NCBI GenBank assembly: GCA_031362565.1
Contig: JANLSU010000062.1
Coordinates: forward strand, 22,281-86,280
Length of the DNA stretch: 64,000 nucleotides
Direction: 5' to 3'
Source of the DNA: a bacterium
GTDB lineage: Bacteria; Krumholzibacteriota; Krumholzibacteriia; G020349025
A program made the position numbers and the translations under genes. Shown piece after piece: positions 54,196 to 64,000 of this stretch. The notes below the pieces were generated by a model, which was given only the letters and a program-made list of their open reading frames with translations, was not told the DNA's origin and made no database searches. Each line of letters starts with the position of its first letter. The stretch's first letter is position 1.

Positions 54196-54951
54196 ATGGG
54201 GCACCCGTCGGCACATGCTTTCGCGTCTCGCCTGCGGAGCCTGCGCCGCCCTGCGGTGTGGGGCGCTCTCTCGACCCCGCTCGCGGCGGCGGTTTTTGCC
54301 GCGGCCACCGTCCTCTTCGCGCCGTCCCTCCAGGCCCAACAAGAAGACCCGGTTCGCGAAGCGGCGATCCACATCGCGCGGCTCCATTACGAGGGCGGCG
54401 GCGACTGGTATTCCAACCCGAGTTCCATGCCCAACTGGATGCGTGGTTTCCAGGAACGCACCGGGCTCGTCACGGTCTCCGAAGAAGTCCAAGTGCGGCC
54501 CGACGACGACGCGCTCGCCGCCTATCCCATCGCTTACATGAACGGCCACGGCAACGTGAAGTGGAGCGAAGAAGATCTCGTCGCGTTGCGCGCCTGGCTC
54601 GCGGCCGGCGGCTTCCTGTGGGCCGACGACAACTACGGCATGGACGCCTCGTTCCGGCACGAACTGAAGCGGCTCTTCCCGGACAAGGACCTGTTCGAGC
54701 TGCCGAACGATCATCCGATTTTCAAAAGCTTCTACCAACTGCCCGGGCTGCCGAAGATTCACGAACACGACGGCAAGCCGCCGCAGTTGTTCGGGCTCGT
54801 CGACAACGGGCGGCTGGTGGTCATTTACAGCTATCAAAGCGACATCGGTGACGGGATCGAAGATCCCGAAGTGCACAAGGATCCGCCCGAGAAGCGCGAA
54901 CAGGCGATGCGCATGGCGGTCAACATTCTGTGGTATGCGCTGACGCATTAG
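54196..54951 (+). CDS. DUF4159-family exported protein
   Basis: YEGGGDWYSNP, YMNGHG, GGFLWADDNYG, LPKIHEHDG, DIGDG, MAVNILWYAL. Confidence 0.88.
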   Translation: MGHPSAHAFASRLRSLRRPAVWGALSTPLAAAVFAAATVLFAPSLQAQQEDPVREAAIHIARLHYEGGGDWYSNPSSMPNWMRGFQERTGLVTVSEEVQVRPDDDALAAYPIAYMNGHGNVKWSEEDLVALRAWLAAGGFLWADDNYGMDASFRHELKRLFPDKDLFELPNDHPIFKSFYQLPGLPKIHEHDGKPPQLFGLVDNGRLVVIYSYQSDIGDGIEDPEVHKDPPEKREQAMRMAVNILWYALTH

Positions 54952-54978
54952 TCACCGGCGCCGTAGTCACCGGCGCCG
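54949..54978 (+). repeat. 15-bp tandem duplication TAGTCACCGGCGCCG starting at the DUF4159 stop codon
   Basis: Copies at 54949-54963 and 54964-54978. Confidence 0.9.
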
Positions 54979-55001
54979 CAGGCGCCGGTAAGGAGAACAG
55001 C

Positions 55002-58000
55002 ATGACGTCGGATTCGAGCACCAACACCCGCCTCGCCGAACGCGGCGCGCTTCTCCAGTCGCTCCTCCAGCGCGAGAAGAGCGGCCACCTGCGCCGCATC
55101 GCCCTCTGGGGCGGCCTGCGCGTCATCGCGGGCGTCGCTCTCGGCGCTGTCGTGCTGTTCGTAATCGCGGCTCTGACCTCCGGCCTGCCGCGCATCGTGG
55201 GCCTCTTGCTGGCGGCGGCCGCGTGGGCGGGGTTCGCATTCCTCGCGTGGCGGTACTGGGTGCGGCCGCTGGGCGCCGTGCCCAATCTCGCGACCTTTAC
55301 GCAGTTGGTCGAAGAGCGGCGCGACTTCCGCGATCTGCTGCGCGCCGCGCTCGAATTCAGCCAGCGCGGCGTGCCAGTGGGCCTATCGAGTGATCTTGTC
55401 GGCGTTACGGTCGATCGCGCCTACGACGAAGCCAAAGGCTTGCACCTGACGCAACTCTTCGAGTTTCCACATCGGCGCCGCGACGCGCTCACGGCCGCTG
55501 CCGCCCTCGCCGCGATTGTCGTGCTTTGTGTCGTCGCGCCGAATGCACCGGGACGCGTCGCGCGCGGGCTCGCGTTCCAGTGGCCCGCGCCGGGTGAAAT
55601 CCAATACGGCGCACTCGATGCCGTGAGCGGCGACCGCACCGTGCTGGCGGGCGAAAGTGTCGACGTCGTCGTGCGCGAAAACGGCCCGCAGGCGCCCGAA
55701 ATGGTGTTGCGGTTCAACGACACCGGCGATCTTTGGAAGTCGCGCAACCTGCTGCCGGTGGCCCAGGCCGAACCGCGCGACTACACGTTCCGCTTCGACG
55801 ATGTGCGCAGCGATCTCACGTACCGTTTCGAGAGCGGCCGCCGCCATACGCCGGACCATCGCATCACCGTGGTGCAGCGCCCTATCGTCAGCCAGTTGCG
55901 GTTGCGTCTCGTGCCGCCGCCCTATACCGGCCACAAGCCGATCGAACTGGAAGAAGGCCGTGGCGATGCCGTGGCGCTCCGCGGCACGCGCGTCGAGATC
56001 GAAGCATTGGCCTCATCGCCTCTGGCTTCGGCGCAAGTCGTCCCGGATGCAGCCGATGCGGCGGGCGCAGCTGCGACATTGCCGGAGCCGCTGCCGATGC
56101 AGACCCAGGGCAAGACCTTCCGGGCGCATTTCGTCCTGCGCGGCGATATGCCGTATCACTTCGAATTGGTCGACTCGCTAGGACATTCGAATGCCGATCC
56201 GGTCACCTATCGCTTGAGCGCGGTCGAGGATCGTGAGCCGTACGTCGAAATGCGGGCTCCGGGACAAGACATCGACCTGCCGCCATCGCAGCAGGTGCCG
56301 ATGGGCATCTATGCAGCCGACGACTATGGCATTTCGAAGATGACACTCTTCTACCGCGCCGAACAATCCGAGCCGGCTCCCGAGACCGGCATGGAGCCCG
56401 AGAAGACAGGCGGCGAGACCGCTTGGTCGCACCGCGCCATCGATGTGCGTGGCACGAGCGCCACGGATCCGGATGGCCGGCCACTCGGAGCGGGCACGCC
56501 AGCCGAAGTCCTGCAATCCTTCACGTGGTCGGTCGCCGACGCAGGCCTCTTCCCCGGCGACGCGATGCTCTATTTCGTCGAAGTCGAGGACAACGACGCC
56601 GTCTCCGGTCACAAGAAGGCGCGCACGCAAACCTTCCGGCTCCGCCTGCAAACGATGTCCGAGTTGTACGCCAAGATCCATCAGGGCGACGAAAAGCGCA
56701 TGACGCAGCTCGACGACGCGATCGAGAAGGGGCGCCAGCTCAAGGACAAGTACGAGAAGCTGGCGCGTGAACTCAAGAAGACCCCGGACGTCGACTGGCA
56801 GAAGCAGAAGGAGATCGAGGGCGCGCTCGAGAAGCAAAAACAACTTGCCGAGCAGGTGCAGAAGATCGCCGAGGACTTGGAGAAGTCGGTGTCCAAGATG
56901 CAGGACCAGCAGGCGGTGAGCCAGGAGATCGCCCAGAAGATGGACGAGATCCGCAAGCTCATGGAGCAAGTCCAAGACGAGACGATGAAGAAATACATGG
57001 AGCAACTGCAAGAGGCGATGAAGCAGATCTCGCCCGAGGAAGTGCAGCGCGCCATGGAACAGATGAAGGGTTCGCAAGAAGAGTTCATGAAGCGCCTCGA
57101 GCGCACGAAGTCACTCCTCGAACAGCTCAAGCGCAGCCAGGACCTGGACGCCATGGTCGAGCGCGTCGCGGAACTGCTCCACAACCAAGAGCAGATTGGC
57201 GAGAAGACCCAGAAGCTGGACGGCGACAAGCAAGACGCCGACAAGCCGAAGGGTGGCGACAAGGACAAGAAGGACGGCGATCCGTCGAAGTCCGGCGACA
57301 AGCAGAAGTCCGACTCCAACAAGGACCAGGACTCCAAGAGCGGCGAGCAGGGCGAGAAGAAAACCCACGAGCAGCTTGCCCAGGAACAGAAAAACCTGGG
57401 CGACAAGACGGACGAGCTGCAGAAGGATCTCGAGAAACTCTCGGAAGAGGCCAAGAAGTCAGGCCAGGAGCAGCTCGACCAAGCCCAGCAGCAAATGCAG
57501 CAGGAGAACCCATCCGGCGAGATGCAAGAGGCCTCGAAGGATCTGCAGAGCCAGCAGTCATCCGAAGCGCAGCAGCATCAGCAGAGCGCCGAGAAATCGT
57601 TGCGGGCTCTCTACAAGCAATTGATGGAGGCACAGCAATCGATGTCGGCGCAGGCCGAGCAAGCGGACACCGCAGCGCTGCAGAAGGCGGCGCGGCAATC
57701 GCTTGACGTATCATTCCGGCAGGAGGGCGTCACCAAGCAGACGCCCTCCGTGGCGCGCGCCGCGGCCGAAGGCGACCTCGCCGAACAGCAGCAAGCGCTC
57801 GTCGCCGCCGGCAACAAGATCATCACCGATCTCGATGCTATGGCGCAGAAGTCGGCCGCCGCGCCGGCGCAAATCACGACGCTCCTCGGCGAGGCCGTCA
57901 ACCACATGCGCGCCGGGGTCAAGTCGTACGAAAAGGGTGACGGCATCACCGGCCGTATCCAAGGGGAACAAGCGTACGGAATCCTGAACAAGGTCGTCGT

Positions 58001-58619
58001 CGAGCTCAACCGCTCGGCGTCGTCGTCCTGCAAGAAACCCGGCAACGGCAAGGGTGCCCAGCAGAAACTCGACCAGCTCATGGGCCGGCAACAACAGTTG
58101 AACGACAAGACGCGCCAACTGCAGAAGGAAATCCCGAGTCCGCAGAACTTGTCGCCGGAGCAGCGCGCCCAGATGTCGCGGCTGTTGGGCGAACAGCGTG
58201 CCATTGCCGGGCAGCTCCAGGATATCGAGCGCCAGGCGGCCGAACAGCGCGAACTCTTGGGACGGCTCGACAAGATGCAGGACGAGATGCACGAAGTCGT
58301 GCAAGACATGCAGAGCGAGCAACTGGACGAACAAACGGTGCGGGTGCAGGAGAAGATCGTGTCGCGCATGCTGGACGCGCAGCGCTCGTTGCACAAGCGC
58401 GACTTCAACGAAGAGCGCGAGAGCCGTACGGCGGAAGACGTCTTCAGCAAGGGCGGCCGGATGCCGCAGGACAACGACAAGGCAAAGAAACTGCGCCGCG
58501 ACATCGACCGGGCGCTCCGCGACGGCACGCCCGAGGAATACGAGGACTTGGTGCGCGAGTACTTCCGCGCCATCTCCGAGGCGCCTGGCGCTCCGCAGGC
58601 CGGGCCGGTCCCACGATGA
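55002..58619 (+). CDS. DUF4175-like large protein: 3 TMs, Ig-like domains, long coiled coil
   Basis: SD AAGGAG; PPPYTG, AADDYGI, DNDAVSGHK, Q/E/K-rich heptads, C-terminal PEEYEDLVREYFRAI. Confidence 0.85.
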   Translation: MTSDSSTNTRLAERGALLQSLLQREKSGHLRRIALWGGLRVIAGVALGAVVLFVIAALTSGLPRIVGLLLAAAAWAGFAFLAWRYWVRPLGAVPNLATFTQLVEERRDFRDLLRAALEFSQRGVPVGLSSDLVGVTVDRAYDEAKGLHLTQLFEFPHRRRDALTAAAALAAIVVLCVVAPNAPGRVARGLAFQWPAPGEIQYGALDAVSGDRTVLAGESVDVVVRENGPQAPEMVLRFNDTGDLWKSRNLLPVAQAEPRDYTFRFDDVRSDLTYRFESGRRHTPDHRITVVQRPIVSQLRLRLVPPPYTGHKPIELEEGRGDAVALRGTRVEIEALASSPLASAQVVPDAADAAGAAATLPEPLPMQTQGKTFRAHFVLRGDMPYHFELVDSLGHSNADPVTYRLSAVEDREPYVEMRAPGQDIDLPPSQQVPMGIYAADDYGISKMTLFYRAEQSEPAPETGMEPEKTGGETAWSHRAIDVRGTSATDPDGRPLGAGTPAEVLQSFTWSVADAGLFPGDAMLYFVEVEDNDAVSGHKKARTQTFRLRLQTMSELYAKIHQGDEKRMTQLDDAIEKGRQLKDKYEKLARELKKTPDVDWQKQKEIEGALEKQKQLAEQVQKIAEDLEKSVSKMQDQQAVSQEIAQKMDEIRKLMEQVQDETMKKYMEQLQEAMKQISPEEVQRAMEQMKGSQEEFMKRLERTKSLLEQLKRSQDLDAMVERVAELLHNQEQIGEKTQKLDGDKQDADKPKGGDKDKKDGDPSKSGDKQKSDSNKDQDSKSGEQGEKKTHEQLAQEQKNLGDKTDELQKDLEKLSEEAKKSGQEQLDQAQQQMQQENPSGEMQEASKDLQSQQSSEAQQHQQSAEKSLRALYKQLMEAQQSMSAQAEQADTAALQKAARQSLDVSFRQEGVTKQTPSVARAAAEGDLAEQQQALVAAGNKIITDLDAMAQKSAAAPAQITTLLGEAVNHMRAGVKSYEKGDGITGRIQGEQAYGILNKVVVELNRSASSSCKKPGNGKGAQQKLDQLMGRQQQLNDKTRQLQKEIPSPQNLSPEQRAQMSRLLGEQRAIAGQLQDIERQAAEQRELLGRLDKMQDEMHEVVQDMQSEQLDEQTVRVQEKIVSRMLDAQRSLHKRDFNEERESRTAEDVFSKGGRMPQDNDKAKKLRRDIDRALRDGTPEEYEDLVREYFRAISEAPGAPQAGPVPR

Positions 58620-60598
58620 AGCGCATCGGAATCGTCATCGCTCTCGTGTGTGGGTTTGCGATCGCGCTGCCGGCGGGCGCGCAGACCGCTCCGCAGCCGC
58701 CTCCCGTGGCACCGCCGCAGAACGCGGCCGATCATCTAACGCCGCAGCAAGAGGAAGACCTGCACACCGGTGTTCTCGAAGTCCGCCAACTCGAGCGGAG
58801 CGGCGATCGCCCCGGCGCTATTCGCCGCGCCGAACAATTGACGCAGCAGTTCTCAGGCAACCGCCGCGTCGAGGATCTCCTCGTCAACTTGTACCGCCAG
58901 GAGCATCGCGATGGCGATCTGCTCGATCTTCTTCGCCGGCGCACCAAACGTGACCCACAAGATGCGGACGCGGTGCGTGAACTGGCCTCGGTGCTGATCA
59001 GCCGTGGCGCAGCCGACGAGGCCAACGACACACTCAAGCGCTTCATCGCCGCCAATCCGCGCGACGAGGCGCGGTACCGGATCGCGGCGGGATTGTTCGC
59101 GTCGCGGGGGCAATTCGAGCCGGCGATTGGTTTCTATCGCCAGGGCCGGCAAGCGATCGGCACCGAGACGCTGTTTGCACCGGAGTTGGCGCAGATGGAA
59201 CGCCAGCGCGGCGATCTCGGAGCGGCACTCAGCGAATATCTGCTGCTGGCGGAAGATCCAGAACGTCGCGGTCGCGTGCAACGCGAAATCGAAGCTCTCC
59301 TCGACGACTCCGACAATCGCGACGCGCTGGTCGCGCGCATCGATCAAATGCGCCAGAAGCATCCCAAGTCGGCCGCCATGCACGACATCGCCGCCACGAC
59401 CTACCTGTCGATCGGCAAACTGCCGCAAGCCACCGACGCCATTCGCCAGGCCGATGCGCAAGCCGGTGACCAGGGCGAACACTTGCTCGACTTCGGCCGG
59501 CGGGCACTCTCGAAAACACCGTCCGGCGGCGTCGATCCTGAACGGGCACGCGTCGGCGTCGAAGCGCTGCAACTGCTTGGGCAGCGGCATCCGGCGAGCA
59601 ATCTGGCGCCCGAGGCGGCGCGGCTGATCGCCGAAGGCCTCGTCGGCGTCGCCCGCGACATGCCAGAGGGCGAACCGCGCCTCGCTTTGTTGCGCGATGC
59701 GGTGCGCGCCATCGACGTCAGCCGTGGCAAACTGAACGGCCCTGACCTCGAAAACCAAGCCCTGGCGCTCAAGGGCATGATCCAACTTCAGGATCTCGGC
59801 CAGCCCAAGGAGGCGCTCGCGACATTCGAGGAATTGGCGCGCCGGCAGCGCGACCTCGATCAACCGGATGCACTGGTGCGCGTGCAAGAAGCGCTCTGCC
59901 ACGCGGCGCTCGGTGATCTGCCGGGTGCTCGAGCCGTACTCCAGGAAATCGTCCGCGCCGATAGCGCCGATGCGATGCCGCCCTTTGCCGGCGCCCGCCG
60001 CCCGCCGCGCCCCGCCGACATCGGTTGGTCGCGGGCCCGTTTTCACTTGGCGGAACTCGACCTCATCGCCGGCCAGTACGATCTAGCCCGCGATGGTTTC
60101 GCGGCGCTCGCCGAGCAAGCGCCCGAGGATCGCCTGTCGAACGACTGTCTCGACATGGCGCTCTTGCTGAACGAAACGGCGGGTACGGACGACGCGGCGC
60201 TGAAGACCTACGGTGCTACGCGCCAAGCGCGGCTCCTGCGCGACCGCAAGGCGTTACACCAGGAGCTGGAAACGATCGTCCGCGACCACGCGCAATCACC
60301 GCTCGCCCCGGTGGCGCTCTTCGAGCTGGCGGTCGAGTTGGCGGACGAACACGACGCGGCCGGTGCGATCGCCCGCTTTGGCGAACTCCTGAGCGCGCAC
60401 CATGACCACCGGCTCGCGGCACGCGGGCTCGAAAATACCGGCGACCTACAGATGCAGGTGCTCCACCAGACGGACCTCGCGGTCGCGAGTTACGAACGCC
60501 TGCTGACCGACTATCCGGACGACCTCTTCTTGGACGGCGTCCGCAAGAAGCTGCTGGCGGCCCGTGCCGCCAAGGGAGAAACGCATGCGACGCCTTAA
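58616..60598 (+). CDS. Exported TPR-repeat protein
   Basis: Signal peptide ending AGA-Q, helical repeats, YERLLTDYPDDLF; ATGA coupling to the upstream gene. Confidence 0.85.
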   Translation: MKRIGIVIALVCGFAIALPAGAQTAPQPPPVAPPQNAADHLTPQQEEDLHTGVLEVRQLERSGDRPGAIRRAEQLTQQFSGNRRVEDLLVNLYRQEHRDGDLLDLLRRRTKRDPQDADAVRELASVLISRGAADEANDTLKRFIAANPRDEARYRIAAGLFASRGQFEPAIGFYRQGRQAIGTETLFAPELAQMERQRGDLGAALSEYLLLAEDPERRGRVQREIEALLDDSDNRDALVARIDQMRQKHPKSAAMHDIAATTYLSIGKLPQATDAIRQADAQAGDQGEHLLDFGRRALSKTPSGGVDPERARVGVEALQLLGQRHPASNLAPEAARLIAEGLVGVARDMPEGEPRLALLRDAVRAIDVSRGKLNGPDLENQALALKGMIQLQDLGQPKEALATFEELARRQRDLDQPDALVRVQEALCHAALGDLPGARAVLQEIVRADSADAMPPFAGARRPPRPADIGWSRARFHLAELDLIAGQYDLARDGFAALAEQAPEDRLSNDCLDMALLLNETAGTDDAALKTYGATRQARLLRDRKALHQELETIVRDHAQSPLAPVALFELAVELADEHDAAGAIARFGELLSAHHDHRLAARGLENTGDLQMQVLHQTDLAVASYERLLTDYPDDLFLDGVRKKLLAARAAKGETHATP

Positions 60599-61853
60599 GG
60601 GCTGTCTCGCCGCACTCTGGTTTGTGCTCGCGGCTGCCGGCTCAGCGCACGCCCAGCAGTACATGCTCGTGCCCATGGATCTCACTCAGACCAACCATCT
60701 GAAGGCCTACGGCATCGCCTTTCGCCAGCTCTCGCACGGCACCCAGGTGGAGTGGCTGCTCAACTACCGCGGTGGGAGCTTCCTCTCCCGCGACCTGAAG
60801 GACACCGAACTCGAGGCGCGCGTGCGTGACGTGAGCTTCGAGGTCATTTCGGCGGCGCAAGTGGCGGGGATCAAGGCCGAGATGGAACAGGCGAACATGG
60901 AAGTCGTGACGCTCGAAAAGCCGCCGAGATTGTGCGTCTACACGCCACCCAACGCCCAACCGTGGGACGATGCCGTGACGCTCGCCATGACCTACGCCGA
61001 GATCCCGTTCGACAAGGTCTACGACCGTGAGGTCTTGACCGGCAAGCTCGCCGAGTACGATTGGCTGCACCTGCACCACGAGGATTTCACCGGCCAATAC
61101 GGCAAATTCTACGCGAGCTATCGCTTTGCCCCGTGGTACGTCCATGACGTCGAAGTGAACGAATCGCTGGCCAAGGAAATGGGTTTCGCGAAGGTGTCGG
61201 ACGAAAAGAAGGCCGTGGCGCGCGCCATCCACGAGTACGTCCAGAACGGCGGGTTTCTGTTCGCGATGTGCTCGGCGACCGACACGATCGATATCGCGCT
61301 CTCCGCCGAGGCCTGCGACATCGTGGCCCCCGAGTACGATCACGACGGCCAGACGCCCAATGCGCAGTCACTTCTGCAGTACGACCGCACCTTCGCCTTC
61401 AAGGATTTCCGGCTTGAATTGAATCCGCTGGTGTACGAATTCTCCAACATCGACACCAGCGACTACGCCAAGCTGCGCGGCGCCGAAGCGGACTACTTCA
61501 CGCTCTTCTCGTTCGCCGCCAAGCACGATCCCGTTCCGGCCATGCTCACCCAATGTCACGTCAACGTCATCAACGGCTTCCTGGGCCAGACAACCGGCTT
61601 CCACAAGGCGCTCATCAAGGACTCGGTACTGCTGCTTGGCCAAGTCGAAGGCAGCGACGACGTGAAGTACATCCACGGCAACTGCGGCCGCGGCACCTTC
61701 ACCTTCTACGGCGGCCACGACCCCGAAGACTACCAACACGCCGTCGGCGATCCCGCCACCCGCCTCGAACTGCACGTCAACTCACCTGGCTACAGGCTCA
61801 TCCTGAACAACGTCCTGTTTCCAGCCGCGCGCAAAAAGGAACAGAAGACCTGA
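60585..61853 (+). CDS. Exported class-I GATase-like protein (family I recall being auto-labelled 'asparagine synthetase B')
   Basis: Signal peptide AHA-QQ; HLKAYG, WLLNYRGGSF, QPWDDAV, WLHLHHEDFTGQYGKF, GGFLFAMCSATD, GHDPEDYQH. Confidence 0.85.
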   Translation: MRRLKGCLAALWFVLAAAGSAHAQQYMLVPMDLTQTNHLKAYGIAFRQLSHGTQVEWLLNYRGGSFLSRDLKDTELEARVRDVSFEVISAAQVAGIKAEMEQANMEVVTLEKPPRLCVYTPPNAQPWDDAVTLAMTYAEIPFDKVYDREVLTGKLAEYDWLHLHHEDFTGQYGKFYASYRFAPWYVHDVEVNESLAKEMGFAKVSDEKKAVARAIHEYVQNGGFLFAMCSATDTIDIALSAEACDIVAPEYDHDGQTPNAQSLLQYDRTFAFKDFRLELNPLVYEFSNIDTSDYAKLRGAEADYFTLFSFAAKHDPVPAMLTQCHVNVINGFLGQTTGFHKALIKDSVLLLGQVEGSDDVKYIHGNCGRGTFTFYGGHDPEDYQHAVGDPATRLELHVNSPGYRLILNNVLFPAARKKEQKT

Positions 61854-61897
61854 GCGGGGCGGCGGCGATGCTCCAACGCGCATTGCGCGCGAACCCG

Positions 61898-62173
61898 CTA
61901 GCGCTGTGCCGTGGACAAGACGATATCCGTGACAACAACCGCCAACGCGCCGGTCAGCAAGAGGGCACCTGCTAGATTGAGGCATCGGATCAGGCCGAGG
62001 CGCGCGGGGGTTGCGAAGCGCTCCGGGTGAAGCGCGATCTGGAAGAGCCGGCTTCTCCGCCCGAATGGCTCGATGTCCGATCGCCAGGTCAGCCGCGTGA
62101 AGTAGAGCCCACTTACGAGCGTCAAGTTGCCGGCGACGAGCAGCAACATGAACAGCGTCAATCGCATGACCAT
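61898..62173 (-). CDS. Small two-TM hypothetical membrane protein
   Basis: SD GGAGGA; two hydrophobic stretches. Confidence 0.5.
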   Translation of the reverse strand: MVMRLTLFMLLLVAGNLTLVSGLYFTRLTWRSDIEPFGRRSRLFQIALHPERFATPARLGLIRCLNLAGALLLTGALAVVVTDIVLSTAQR

Positions 62174-62400
62174 GTCCTCCGCTTTGACTTGGTCGTAGTC
62201 GACAGTGCTCGATGAGGGTCATACCGTGCCCTGGGGCCATTTGCCAATTCGATTCTCAAATAGCCCCACCGACCCAAGCGGGGTCGCGGTGCCGCGAGCA
62301 CCAAGATGGCCTATCGCCTCGCGGCCTCGCTTGGCTGGGTAGCGGGGGCCCTGGGGATACAGGTATGATCGCTCCCTCTTGCCTGGAGGTCAGCGACTTG

Positions 62401-63696
62401 GTGCAAACGCGGACGGCGGTGGATGTGGCGACGGATCCGCGGGTTTCGGCCATGGCGGCGGGGCTCGTGGGCTCGGAGATTCTGAAGATCGCGGCCGAGA
62501 TCCGCGATCGCGTTCGCGCCGGCGACGCGATCTGCAATCTCACGGTCGGGGACTTCGCGAGCAAACACTTCCCGATCCCGACGCTCTTGGCCGACGCGAT
62601 TCGGCGCGCGCTCGAACGCGGCGAGACAAACTACCCGCCGAGCGATGGCGTTCTCGAACTGCGCCAATCGGTGGCCCGCTTCTACGAGCGCGAGCTGCAT
62701 CTTCGCTACGGCACCGATTCGGTACTCATTGCGGGTGGCGCGCGGCCCGTGATCTATGCGACTTATCGCGCCGTCGTCGATCCGGGTGAAGCGGTCCTCT
62801 ATCCGGTGCCGAGTTGGAACAACAACCACTATTGCAACATGGTGGGCGCTGAGAGCATTGCCGTTCCGACCGAAGCCAAGAACAATTTCATGCCGACGCC
62901 CGGCGCGTTGCTCGCCGACCTGTCACGCGCCCGTCTCGTCTGCCTGAATACGCCACTCAATCCCACCGGCACGGCGATTTCGGCCGCGACGTTGCGGACG
63001 ATTTCCGAAGCCATCGTCGAGGAAAACCAGAGCCGCGAGCGAAGAGGCGGCCGGCCGGTCTATTTGATGTACGACCAGGTGTACTGGATGCTGCGCGTTG
63101 CGGGCGTCGAGCACTTCACTCCGCCGGCTCTCGTTCCCGAGATGGCGCGCTACACGATCTTTGTGGATGGCATCAGCAAGGCATTCGCCGCGACCGGCCT
63201 GCGCGTCGGCTGGGCGGTCGGACCGCCCGATGTCATCGGCCGCATGTCGGCGATTCTGGGACATGTCGGTGCTTGGGCACCACGCGCCGAGCAGGTGGCA
63301 ACGGTCGAGCTGCTCGAGGATCAAGCCACGATCGACACGTACCACGGCACCTTCTTGACGGCGATCCAGGCCCGTCTCGATCGCCTGCACGCCGGGTTCG
63401 AGCGCATGCGCGCCGCGGGGCTCCCCGTGGAGTCGATCGCACCCGCCGGCGCCATCTACCTGACGGCGCGTTTCTCGCCCTTTGGCCGCCGCACACCGGC
63501 CGGCGTCGAATTGCGCACCAACGACGATGTGCGCCGCTACTTGTTGGACGCGGCCCATTTTGCGGTCGTGCCCTTTCAGGCCTTCGGCGTCGCCGAGGAA
63601 GGCGGCTGGTTCCGCTTGAGCGTTGGCGCGGTCAGTGAAAAGGACATCGAGGCCGCCTTGCCACGTGTCCAGACAGCCCTCGAGGCGCTGCGCTGA
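62401..63696 (+). CDS. PLP-dependent class I/II aminotransferase (aspartate aminotransferase-like)
   Basis: NLTVGD, YPPSDG, PLNPTG, YDQVY, ISKAFAATGLRVGW, FRLS; SD GGAGG before GTG. Confidence 0.92.
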   Translation: MQTRTAVDVATDPRVSAMAAGLVGSEILKIAAEIRDRVRAGDAICNLTVGDFASKHFPIPTLLADAIRRALERGETNYPPSDGVLELRQSVARFYERELHLRYGTDSVLIAGGARPVIYATYRAVVDPGEAVLYPVPSWNNNHYCNMVGAESIAVPTEAKNNFMPTPGALLADLSRARLVCLNTPLNPTGTAISAATLRTISEAIVEENQSRERRGGRPVYLMYDQVYWMLRVAGVEHFTPPALVPEMARYTIFVDGISKAFAATGLRVGWAVGPPDVIGRMSAILGHVGAWAPRAEQVATVELLEDQATIDTYHGTFLTAIQARLDRLHAGFERMRAAGLPVESIAPAGAIYLTARFSPFGRRTPAGVELRTNDDVRRYLLDAAHFAVVPFQAFGVAEEGGWFRLSVGAVSEKDIEAALPRVQTALEALR

Positions 63697-63910
63697 CATT
63701 GCGTCCATTTTTCGGCGCGGTCCGGACGGCGGACCAAACCCGACCACAGACTGCTTGACAGGCGCGGGCCCCCCGCCGAAACTCGCCGCGGGTGTCACCT
63801 GACGGGATCCCTCGTGACTGGAAGAAGTTACGCCCGCAGGCCCAGTGGGATGTGTGCGACACGTGGGGAGGTGAGTCGCTCCGGCGGCGTGCCGCGGTGC
63901 GACGTCGGGG

Positions 63911-64000
63911 ATGACGACGATGGAGAAATACGAGTTTCCCGTCTGCAGGAAGTGCGACAGCGGTGGCATCTTGTTGCCTCTGTCGGATTATGGCCGTGAT
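63911..64000 (+). CDS. 5' part of a small CxxC (zinc-ribbon-like) protein running off the window; absent from the ORF track
   Basis: ATG 63911/63920 reads MTTMEKYEFPVCRKCDSGGILLPLSDYGRD with no stop before the edge. Confidence 0.6.
   Translation, partial: MTTMEKYEFPVCRKCDSGGILLPLSDYGRD

Noticed and set aside
54949..54978. 15-bp tandem duplication as a target-site duplication of a mobile element
   Set aside because: Copies are adjacent with nothing between them; simple slippage is sufficient.
60585..61853. True asparagine synthetase AsnB
   Set aside because: No N-terminal Cys Ntn domain or SGGLDS motif, and it has a signal peptide.

Overview
GC-rich bacterial chromosomal window with about 48 supportable CDSs. 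I saw no rRNA, tRNA, CRISPR array, transposase or integrase. Several features suggest an FCB-related candidate lineage such as Eisenbacteria, Krumholzibacteriota or Latescibacterota (inference only): a TonB receptor-DUF4249 pair, FlgD-Ig 'PNPFNP...KIVLAR' C-termini and a TWxxIK C-terminus. Contents in order: giant membrane histidine kinase; TonB receptor, lipoprotein and secreted SGNH-like protein; mycobacterial Sdh1-like (type F) succinate dehydrogenase; qNor; toxin-antitoxin-rich accessory block; SulP; an A/T-richer island with an ECF sigma factor and Ser/Thr kinase; MetH; exported beta-carbonic anhydrase; second Ser/Thr kinase; lexA-imuA-imuB-dnaE2; CBS-nrfH-nrfA (CxxCH variant); HEAT-GT2 pair; overlapping nucleotidyltransferase pair; DUF4159-DUF4175-TPR-GATase-like operon; aminotransferase. 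The most notable observations are: (i) a candidate new LexA operator, AAGAC-N4-GTCTT, inside a consensus promoter of a probably leaderless lexA; (ii) an ECF-linked kinase ending in a PLPA-TM-RR (exosortase-like) tail; (iii) three different putative C-terminal sorting signals in one window. All family calls come from motif recognition by eye; no database searches were run.
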